Shown: in pieces, positions 56,856 through 64,000 of the stretch
How the letters are laid out: each line of letters opens with the position of its first letter
How positions within the stretch are numbered: position 1 is the stretch's first letter
Source: Gammaproteobacteria bacterium
GTDB lineage: Bacteria; Pseudomonadota; Gammaproteobacteria; JACKNK01
Length of the DNA: 64,000 nt
Assembly (NCBI GenBank): GCA_024234955.1
Contig: JACKNK010000001.1
Coordinates: forward strand, 212,835 to 276,834
Direction of reading: 5' to 3'
Notes under the pieces: model-generated
Database searches by the model: none
The model's input: the letters and a program-made list of their open reading frames with translations, nothing else
Told to the model about the DNA's origin: nothing
Position numbers and translations under genes: made by a program

Positions 56856-57115
56856 AATGACCATGGGGTGGGGGCACGGTCCTCGTGTTCGTTTCCGCAA
56901 AGCTCGCCATCGAGCAACGGTAACGTTCAAGCGAACGATGGCCCCTTTGGTGGTGGCCACTCCGAGAGTGGCTCACTACCCGTCGGCCCACGCACCGGTG
57001 CCGACTTACCGGAGCGACCCCTCTGAGCACCCTTGGCCGGGGTGTACAGAGCGTTGCCACGACGTTTCGTGGTGCTTGAGCGGCGACGTCGCCGTGCCCC
57101 CACCCCATGGTCATT
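56856..57115. repeat. Perfect 24-bp inverted repeats, aatgaccatggggtgggggcacgg / ccgtgcccccaccccatggtcatt, flanking a ~212-bp non-coding segment. Its structure is MITE-like.
   Basis: The arms at 56856-56879 and 57092-57115 were read directly. The right arm overlaps the stop of the RepA-like gene. Confidence 0.7.
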
Positions 57116-58052
57116 TCTTTGTTTTGTTCTTTACGTTCACCGGCCTTACATGCGTCCGTGACGGATAGAGCCGTAGGTATTCTGCGTCGTGGTCGACACG
57201 CGCTTGGGGAAACACCTGAAGGACGTGCTTGAGGTTTGGGATGAAGCCCTTGTTCCTGAAGTCACGTAAGCCCTGAGTGGTGTCGGGATAGCCGGCCCCG
57301 AACTGCTTTTGCAGGTAGATCCAGGGGATCGGCGTTGGTCGCCGTAAGTACGAGAACCGATGTGTGAGCCAGCAGTAGATGTCCATGGCCATCGAGGAGC
57401 CACGCAGCGCGTGCATGGCTTGAAGGCTGATCGGAATTGGTGCGGCGGTTACTTCCTCGAAGAAGTTCTCAGAGAGCTTTACGGAGGACTGACCTAAGCC
57501 AAGCTGGTTGGGGTTGTCCGGATCCCACCAAAGGCTGACGTCATCGGTGATGTCGCATTTGCGCTGTGAGAAGGCCTTCCCATCGTCGTAGATGATCCGG
57601 ATCGATGCCGTGAACAATTTGATCGACTGGTCACGCACGACTCGAATCGTGCCGCGTTGGCCCCCCGTCATGTGATCGATGCCGATGTTGGCCAGGTAAT
57701 CACCGAACGTGGCGCCGAGGCCGATCCATCGCTCCTTGGTTTCGACCGCGCGCGTCGTCAACCAAGCGAGGATCAGTCGCGGCTTTGGCCCGTAGGGCAG
57801 GCCGTATCGCGGATCGGAGCTCACCACGACTCGTAGATGGCCATTCGCACGTTCGTGGGAGTAGGCACGGGTGCGTGCGTGGGGCAGGGTCGCACGGGCC
57901 AGTGTCTGAGCCATGTATCCGACCGCGCCGGCGGCGCGGGCTTCTTCGGTCTCCTGTCCCAACGCCTCCTCATACAGCAGATCGAGCGAGGCTTGCTGGC
58001 TCGCCTGCTCGGTCGCGGACAGATCGTTATCCAAGGCGTGACGTGAACTCAT
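57111..58052 (-). CDS. Conserved ICE protein, possibly a replication-initiator-like (RepA/RPA-family) protein.
   Basis: 313 aa. It is located between parB-like and topB, as in related ICEs. The family assignment comes from memory of the element layout, not from a motif. Confidence 0.35.
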   Translation of the reverse strand: MSSRHALDNDLSATEQASQQASLDLLYEEALGQETEEARAAGAVGYMAQTLARATLPHARTRAYSHERANGHLRVVVSSDPRYGLPYGPKPRLILAWLTTRAVETKERWIGLGATFGDYLANIGIDHMTGGQRGTIRVVRDQSIKLFTASIRIIYDDGKAFSQRKCDITDDVSLWWDPDNPNQLGLGQSSVKLSENFFEEVTAAPIPISLQAMHALRGSSMAMDIYCWLTHRFSYLRRPTPIPWIYLQKQFGAGYPDTTQGLRDFRNKGFIPNLKHVLQVFPQARVDHDAEYLRLYPSRTHVRPVNVKNKTKK

Positions 58053-58610
58053 GCGGCGTTCTCCTTGGCGTCGTGGAAGATCGCCCGGAGTGAGATGCCG
58101 GTGAGTCTGGCTACTGCCAGATAGCCGTGCGCCAGACGGGTTTTGTCCTCGTCATCGCGTCGGATTCCACGAGTCTGTTCCAGGTTGTCCCACGCATCCT
58201 CTACCAACGCTTCGTCAACGGCGCCGAGGTGCGGAGGGCGACCGACCAAGGGGGGGAGGGCCAGGCGGTTTCGCCGCCGCTGGTATTGGTGCTCGCTCCA
58301 ACCAAACAGAAATTCCATCAATGAGCGAGGCGCTTCGGCCTTGAGCAGCGCGTCCTCGATGGAGCGGCCGCGTTTCGCATCCCGCGCTCGACGCACCAGA
58401 TCCTGGAGGCTTTGGACGTTCAATACGTTAACGACGACCGCGCGTGCAGAAAGGATCGTTTCGGGGTCGAGTCCTTCCGCGATATCGAGCCGCATGGCTT
58501 CATCGATGCCGAGATCTCGCAGCGTTGTCACGCTGCCGTTGTTCACCAGACCCTGGAGGTAATCCAACACGGCTTTCGCCAGCAGCCCCTCATTCGTGAT
58601 CGCGTTCATC
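58049..58610 (-). CDS. Conserved ICE hypothetical protein. The start is taken at MNAITNEG.
   Basis: About 187 aa. It sits in the operon with parB-like. Confidence 0.35.
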
Positions 58611-60330
58611 GCGCGCCCCTCCCTTCCCAAAGCGGTATCCCGAGCGAGGTCATCGCGCGATAGGTCGCGATCAAGTCGTCGACCAAATCCGCGTCTCGAT
58701 GCCCGCTTTGGGTTGCCAGGGACAACAGTCCCGGCGCGAAAGCGGGGCCATGGAGCATCTGCGCGTGATCCTGGGCGATTCGGAACACCACCTCCGGTCG
58801 ATCGCTGTCCGCGATCGCAGGTGTGATTGCCCGTTCAGCCCATGCCGGAGGGAGTGCATGACGAACGGTGTCCGGGTCCGCGTGAAACTGCTCGGACAGG
58901 CTCGCAAGGAACCACCAGGCGGCATGACCCTCCGGCTTGATCGATGATGCTCCGACACCGAGGGAGGTCACGAAGTCGATGACGTATCCCAGCCCGGTGG
59001 CATGCACTGTCGGTTCCACCAAGGCGCCAAGGCCATGACGCGTCGCCAGCTGTTTTGCCAGCGTGTACATCCGGGCGCGGTGATTCTTCACCTCATTGGG
59101 CGTCGGGCGTGCTGCGGAATCGTGTCGCGGCGCTGCTGATTGCGCTTCGTCCGGTGTCACTCGGTGCGCCGGCGGAAATGTAGTGCCCGTATCCCTGGAA
59201 AGTTGAAACGATCCACTACCGCTGCCGTGACTGGCGCCACCGCTGGAGAGCGGCTCATCGTCTCCCCATACGTTCCCTGGTTCGAAATCACCATCCTCCA
59301 ATTCATCCGGATGGGACGGGTCGCCGGTTAGATCGAATGGTGGTTCGTCTTCGGTTGGTGTTGATCTTTCGGGGCGTTCTGCCGACCTGGGCTTCGAGGG
59401 CTTCTTCGCCTGGGAACGCGCGACAGCGTCGCGATAGGTGTCGCCTTCCGGGCGGGCGGCGCCGGGATCGCCGAGATACGAACCGATTTCGCAGCCGGCC
59501 ATCATTACGGTGATTTCCGCAAATTGACTGGCGTTCTCGTCCAGCCGCCGGCGTAGCTTGTTCAGGTCGAAATCCGGGCCATCGAGCGCACCGAGGATTT
59601 GCAGAAACGCTTCGTGACCGGTTTCAGGTGCTCCGCATTCGCGCCAGGCCCACCACGACATCCAGGCCTCGTAGTGGGACTTGATCTCAATGACAGTCGG
59701 TCGTCCCAAGCCGAAGCTGAAGGCCTCCGGGAGTGATTCCCCGATCACTTCAACGGCGAATTGCATCGCACCGAGATGCTGTTGGTGAGCCCGGTAGCCC
59801 TTGTCCGCGAGCAACTCGACCAGACGCTTCTGCGTTAGCGATTCGCCGAGCTCTTCCTCAAGCGCGCGTTTGGCGTTGTGAATACCAAGTGCCCGTTCAA
59901 AGAATTTCAGATCGGTGCGCTGGTCGTTCTCGGCGAGGTGCTGGGCGTAGAGCCACGCCTCGCCCTGGTAGGGGATAAAGGTGACCGGGACAGTCTTGAA
60001 GCGCGGTACCGCCGGATATTCGACCGCGAGCTCGTTGAGAATCCCCAGCCGGGTGTTGCCGCCCTCGGAAACGACGTAATGCTCTTCACCCGGCCGACGT
60101 GTGACCGGGATGCGATCACGGAGTCTGGTTTTGAGGATGGAGTCCTTGATTTCGTCCCACTTCGAGTTCTTCGTGATTCGGGGATTGCCCTCGAATCGCC
60201 GGATCCGATCGAGCGGCAATTCCATGTCGGTGATTTCCACCGGGTCTTGCGACGCTATCGTCCCGTTGTTGCCGAAGTGGGTTGCTCCCAATGCTTCTTT
60301 CGCCAGTTCGCTTGCAACCTTCTTAGCCAT
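58606..60330 (-). CDS. ParB-like nuclease-domain protein. The start is at MAKKVASE. The listed ORF start overlaps parA by 337 nt.
   Basis: It has the ParB N-terminal region ELPLDRIRRFEGNPR...VVSEGGNTRLGILNEL. The ATG lies 2 nt after the parA stop. Confidence 0.7.
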   Translation of the reverse strand: MAKKVASELAKEALGATHFGNNGTIASQDPVEITDMELPLDRIRRFEGNPRITKNSKWDEIKDSILKTRLRDRIPVTRRPGEEHYVVSEGGNTRLGILNELAVEYPAVPRFKTVPVTFIPYQGEAWLYAQHLAENDQRTDLKFFERALGIHNAKRALEEELGESLTQKRLVELLADKGYRAHQQHLGAMQFAVEVIGESLPEAFSFGLGRPTVIEIKSHYEAWMSWWAWRECGAPETGHEAFLQILGALDGPDFDLNKLRRRLDENASQFAEITVMMAGCEIGSYLGDPGAARPEGDTYRDAVARSQAKKPSKPRSAERPERSTPTEDEPPFDLTGDPSHPDELEDGDFEPGNVWGDDEPLSSGGASHGSGSGSFQLSRDTGTTFPPAHRVTPDEAQSAAPRHDSAARPTPNEVKNHRARMYTLAKQLATRHGLGALVEPTVHATGLGYVIDFVTSLGVGASSIKPEGHAAWWFLASLSEQFHADPDTVRHALPPAWAERAITPAIADSDRPEVVFRIAQDHAQMLHGPAFAPGLLSLATQSGHRDADLVDDLIATYRAMTSLGIPLWEGRGAR

Positions 60331-61171
60331 GACGCGTCTCCTCGTCAGTGGCCATGACAATCTCGCGATCACGCAGGTGCTCGAAGAGCTCGTCGACGAG
60401 TGCTCGCATGGTCTCGGCAGCACTTGGCGTCGGCCCGCGACGTACCGGTTCCACCAGGTGGACGGGTAGGGCGCGGGTAGCGGCGTTTGCGTACGCAACG
60501 GTGTGTGGAATCTGAGTGTTGAGAATGCGGACTCGGCCTTGCGACCGGGTGAAAGCAGCTTCTCGAAGCGCGGCCACGAAGGCTGCGGAGTCGGCGGTTC
60601 GCTCAACACCATTGACCAGCCCGTACAAGGTGCCGATCGACCCATCGCGGAAGACGCCATCGATGTCTTCGACGGCCTCGATCATGCCTCGCGCAAATTC
60701 TTGCGCCGCAAGGCGACTCGGCATGATGGGGCTCAGTACGAAATCACCGGCGAGCAGGGCCGCGTGGAGAAGCGGGCTTCTGGTTCCCGGCGAGTCGATG
60801 AGAACGACGTCGTAGCCGGAAAGCGCCCGTACCGCGCGCCGGAGCCGGATACGCCCATCCGGCGTCGACTCCATCCAGCGTTGAAGTTCGCCCTGGCGGT
60901 CGTTGGACACCACCAAGTCGAGATTCGGGAAACTGGTCCTGGAGATGACCCCATCCCAGGCTTCCGTTGGATCCCGCCTGGTCACCAGTTCCACCAGGCC
61001 TGCTTCCGCCGGTTCGTCGATCTTGAAGTACGACGACAAACCCGGCTGGATGTCTCCGTCGATTAACAACACTCGTTCACCGAGTGCCGCTAACATGCCC
61101 CCCAAGTTGGCGGTTGTTGTGGTCTTTCCGGTACCGCCTTTACTGCTGCAAACCGCTACGATGATCGTCAT
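60323..61171 (-). CDS. soj: ParA/Soj-family partition ATPase, the first ICE gene next to the att repeat.
   Basis: It has a deviant Walker A motif, VCSSKGGTGKTTTTANLG. Confidence 0.9.
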   Translation of the reverse strand: MTIIVAVCSSKGGTGKTTTTANLGGMLAALGERVLLIDGDIQPGLSSYFKIDEPAEAGLVELVTRRDPTEAWDGVISRTSFPNLDLVVSNDRQGELQRWMESTPDGRIRLRRAVRALSGYDVVLIDSPGTRSPLLHAALLAGDFVLSPIMPSRLAAQEFARGMIEAVEDIDGVFRDGSIGTLYGLVNGVERTADSAAFVAALREAAFTRSQGRVRILNTQIPHTVAYANAATRALPVHLVEPVRRGPTPSAAETMRALVDELFEHLRDREIVMATDEETRHG

Positions 61172-61242
61172 CGTCCTTCCTCCGAATCAGGTCCATGTTC
61201 CTGAATACGTTGAGAAAAAACCGATAGACGCCAATTGAATGG

Positions 61243-61284
<42 letters not shown>

Positions 61285-61477
61285 CACAATCTGGTCCGAT
61301 TACCCTGATCCAATTGGCCAGAATAAAGACCGGAGGTTGCTTCTCCGTTGCGAAGCTCGAAGGTGTTACGCCTCCTCGGGCTTTTTTTATGTCGCGTAAC
61401 TTCCGGATTTCGTCACACGGCCCTAAGCTCTGGGGATTTCGTAAGCTGACGCGTGCGTCTCGCTTTAGCGGTATCCC

Positions 61478-61520
61478 CACAAAAAAACGCCCATGTCGGG
61501 TGACACGGGCGCTTTCGTTA
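61478..61520 (-). terminator. Rho-independent terminator of apbC: stem cgcccgtg/catgggcg followed by a T7 run on the minus strand.
   Basis: Read from the sequence. Confidence 0.55.
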
Positions 61521-61541
61521 TCAAAGGAAAGTAGGCGTCGA

Positions 61542-62633
61542 TCAGTTGTTCTGAATGACGATCTTCGGGAACTTGGCGGCGTAGTTCTTGGATTTGCGAG
61601 AGAGTTTCGCAGAGGCGCGACGGGCGATGTCCTTGTACACCTCGGCGATGCGACCGTTCGGGTCGGCAACGACCGTCGGCTTGCCTGCATCGGTGCCTTC
61701 ACGGATCGAGGAATCGAGGGGAATGGAGCCGAGGAAGTCGACGTTGTACTGGTCTGCCATGCGCTGACCACCACCCTCGCCAAAGATGTGCTCTTCGTGC
61801 CCACACTTGGAACAGATATGTGTGGACATGTTTTCGACGATGCCGAGCACCGGCACCTCGACTTTCTCGAACATCTTCAGGCCCTTCCGGGCATCCAGCA
61901 GGGCGATGTCCTGCGGGGTGGTGACGATGACCGCACCCGAGACCGGCACCTTCTGCGCCAGGGTCAGCTGGGTGTCGCCGGTGCCCGGCGGCAGGTCGAT
62001 GATCAGGTAGTCGAGGGCGTCCCAGTTGGTGTCGTTAAGGAGCTGCTCCAAGGCCTGGGTGACCATCGGGCCACGCCAGATCATCGGGGTTTCCTCGTCG
62101 ATCAGGAAGCCGATGGACATGGCCTGGATGTGGTAGCTGTTCATCGGCTCCAGCTTCTTGCCGTCCTTGGAGTCCGGACGACCTTCGACACCCAGCATGC
62201 GCGGCTGCGAGGGGCCGTAGATGTCGGCGTCGAGGATGCCGACGCGGGCACCTTCGGCGGACAGCGCGAGGGCCAGGTTGACGGAGACCGTGGACTTGCC
62301 GACGCCGCCCTTGCCAGAGGCAACGGCGATGATGTTCTTGACGTTGTCGATCGGGTTCAGGGCCTTCTGCACCGAATGGGCGACAACCTTGAAATCGACG
62401 CTTACGTCAGCGCTGCTGATGCCGTCTGCCGCCTCGAGAACCCCCTTGAGCTTGGTCGCCAGGGTGTCGACATAGCCCTTGGCCGGAAAGCCCAGGGTGA
62501 TCTGCACCGCAACCTTGTCGCCGCTCACGTCGATGCCTTTGACGCACTTGCTGGATACCAGGTCCTTATCAAGATACGGGTCGATGTAGCCCTTGAGGAT
62601 TTCCTCGACCTGGGCTTGGTTGATCTCAGACAT
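61542..62633 (-). CDS. apbC: Iron-sulfur cluster carrier protein ApbC/Mrp (chromosomal). The start is taken at MSEINQAQ.
   Basis: It has a Walker A motif (ASGKGGVGKSTVSVNLA), a CSKCGH motif and an N-terminal DUF59-like region. Confidence 0.9.
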   Translation of the reverse strand: MSEINQAQVEEILKGYIDPYLDKDLVSSKCVKGIDVSGDKVAVQITLGFPAKGYVDTLATKLKGVLEAADGISSADVSVDFKVVAHSVQKALNPIDNVKNIIAVASGKGGVGKSTVSVNLALALSAEGARVGILDADIYGPSQPRMLGVEGRPDSKDGKKLEPMNSYHIQAMSIGFLIDEETPMIWRGPMVTQALEQLLNDTNWDALDYLIIDLPPGTGDTQLTLAQKVPVSGAVIVTTPQDIALLDARKGLKMFEKVEVPVLGIVENMSTHICSKCGHEEHIFGEGGGQRMADQYNVDFLGSIPLDSSIREGTDAGKPTVVADPNGRIAEVYKDIARRASAKLSRKSKNYAAKFPKIVIQNN

Positions 62634-62791
62634 GCGATGTTCTCCTGATGGCGCCATAGCGACGGCGACAAACGTTGAAAAAGGTGTTCGAACGGGCGAT
62701 AGGGCGCGGATTCTACACAAAGGCCGGTCGCCAACCGCTATTTCCCCCGGAGCCAGGAGGCTTTAGCGCCCATATGGGAACAAGGGAATGG

Positions 62792-63307
62792 TTACCAGCC
62801 CATGAATGTCGCGATGGTGCGTGCCTGCTGTGCGGCTTGCACCGCAGCCCGCCCGTCGAAGAGCAGGACAATGGAGGCGCTTTTGTCGATTTCAAGGGCG
62901 GCCTCGATCCAGCGGCGGAGTTCCGCAGGGTGTGGCGCTTCTTCGGTAATAACGGAGGCGACGACCAATCCGCTGCCGGCACTGTGCCCGGTGCGCGCAA
63001 AGAGGCTTAGACGCGGTATTTCATCCCAGATCAGGGGCACGACATCGTCAACGGTCAATGCCTCTGGAAGTGCGTCCGGATCGTCGTCGATCAGCGTCTG
63101 CAGCCCGGCTTCCAGGGCTTCGACCCACGCTTCGATGTGTTCATCGCCGGTGTCTGCCAGGTGCCGGGCGGCAGTGAGCACGCAGCGAACTTCGTTGCCA
63201 AGATAGATCGGTCGCCATGCGTCCGGGAGGTCCGAGGGGTAGAAATCGTCCTGCCAAGCCGCGTCGGCATGAACGTGGAGGGCGATCCAGAGGGTTCTTT
63301 CAGACAT
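62792..63307 (-). CDS. Hypothetical protein (chromosomal).
   Basis: 171-aa ORF with plausible codon usage. Confidence 0.35.
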   Translation of the reverse strand: MSERTLWIALHVHADAAWQDDFYPSDLPDAWRPIYLGNEVRCVLTAARHLADTGDEHIEAWVEALEAGLQTLIDDDPDALPEALTVDDVVPLIWDEIPRLSLFARTGHSAGSGLVVASVITEEAPHPAELRRWIEAALEIDKSASIVLLFDGRAAVQAAQQARTIATFMGW

Positions 63308-63382
63308 TATCGGTATGTGCGGGTAAGTGCCGGCGGATGATTGCTAGAATGCGCGCCCACTTTCTCCGGAGTCCAGCCAACC

Positions 63383-64000
63383 ATGCTTTATGCCAGTCTC
63401 GCCATACTCACCGGTTTTGCCGTACTGGTGTGGGGTGCAGACCGTTTCGTGACCGGGGCCGCCGCGACGGCGCGCAATCTGGGCGTATCGCCTTTGGTAG
63501 TCGGTCTGACGGTCGTGGGCTTCGGCACCTCGGCTCCGGAAATGCTGGTCGGTTCGGTGGCGGCTTGGCTGGGCAGCCCGGAAATTGCGATTGGTAATGC
63601 GCTGGGCTCGAATATCGCGAATATTGCGCTGATTCTCGGTGCAACGGCCGTGATGGTTCCGTTGTCTGTGCATTCCAATATCCTGCGCCGCGAGTTTCCC
63701 TTGTTGATGTTGGCGACCTTGATCGCCGCCGCAGTGGTCATGGATGGCGATCTCACCCGCGTCGATGCACTCGTGTTACTGACCATGTTGGCCGGGCTGC
63801 TTTACTGGATCGTGCGCGTCGCATTGGAAGAGCGTCATGGTGGAAAGGGGGATCCGATCGACGATGAGTTTGACGCCGAGATTCCCGCCGATATGGGGCA
63901 GGGCGCGGCGACCTTCTGGCTGATCGTCGGATTGGCGGCGCTGTTGGCAAGTTCCCGTCTGCTGGTCTGGGGCGCCACCGAAATTGCGGTGGCATTCGGG
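63383..64000 (+). CDS. yrbG: CaCA-family cation/calcium:proton antiporter (YrbG-like), partial because it runs off the window end.
   Basis: My own translation MLYASLAILTGFAVLVWGADRFV...GTSAPEM..GNALGSNIANI shows the alpha-repeat motifs. It is not in the ORF track because no stop falls inside the window. Confidence 0.7.
   Translation, partial: MLYASLAILTGFAVLVWGADRFVTGAAATARNLGVSPLVVGLTVVGFGTSAPEMLVGSVAAWLGSPEIAIGNALGSNIANIALILGATAVMVPLSVHSNILRREFPLLMLATLIAAAVVMDGDLTRVDALVLLTMLAGLLYWIVRVALEERHGGKGDPIDDEFDAEIPADMGQGAATFWLIVGLAALLASSRLLVWGATEIAVAFG

Noticed and set aside
56842-57114. 90-aa minus-strand ORF spanning exactly from one 24-bp inverted repeat to the other.
   Set aside because: Its frame is created by the repeat itself (MTMGWGHG…HGHWPTN mirrors the IR). 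The composition is implausible, and the region is non-coding.
58606-60660. ParB-like ORF as listed (684 aa) overlapping parA by 337 nt.
   Set aside because: The N-terminal 110 residues are implausible. The internal ATG at 60330 (MAKKVASE…) lies 2 nt after the parA stop and precedes the ParB-like domain. The feature is therefore called 58606-60330.

Overview
About 61.3 kb of this window (1 to ~61283) is one integrative and conjugative element (ICE) of the pKLC102/PAPI-1/PFGI-1/ICEclc family. It is read from the sequence and the ORF track only. Almost every gene is on the minus strand. Overall GC is roughly 63-65%, with clear low-GC patches.

The element starts at a partial MobH-type relaxase gene (traI) that runs off the window start. 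The ORF track does not show it, because the track only lists ORFs whose start and stop both fall inside the window.

From traI towards parA, the layout is:
- An accessory hotspot: a low-GC three-gene operon, a FimB/FimE-type recombinase, a small Zn-ribbon protein, a second tyrosine integrase, an HTH protein, a fatty-acid hydroxylase and an SRAP/YedK peptidase.
- A complete GI-type (Tfc) T4SS set with PFL_4711/4710/4709-like genes, the traC/virB4 ATPase, a lipoprotein, PFL_4705/4704/4703/4702/4701/4697-like genes, the traD coupling protein and a lytic transglycosylase.
- A type IVb pilus cluster, pilL-N-O-P-Q-R-S-V plus a PilT-type ATPase.
- The backbone genes: SNF2 helicase, N6-adenine methyltransferase, radC, DUF3577, csrA, ihf/HU, ssb, a PFL_4669-like gene, a TraG_N-like membrane protein, a RelB/RelE pair, topoisomerase III, a RepA-like gene and parB-like/parA.
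- A DUF5131 three-Cys protein and its TcmP partner, in a low-GC patch.

The element ends at a ~40-bp tRNA-Pro 3' fragment (att direct repeat) at ~61243-61283. After that come chromosomal apbC/mrp, a hypothetical gene and a partial yrbG-like antiporter gene running off the end.

The best candidate for something new is the low-GC operon at 1947-5162. It encodes a HEPN-like protein, an ASCH protein and a 695-aa GNAT-PIN multidomain protein, next to two tyrosine recombinases. Other points worth follow-up are two CsrA homologues (one inside the T4SS operon), an iteron-rich candidate origin, the DUF5131/TcmP pair and several perfect inverted repeats.

My own nucleotide indexing disagreed with the ORF track by 1 nt at one locus, so coordinates I derived by hand may be off by +/-1. 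Start positions I refined are estimates from residue counting.
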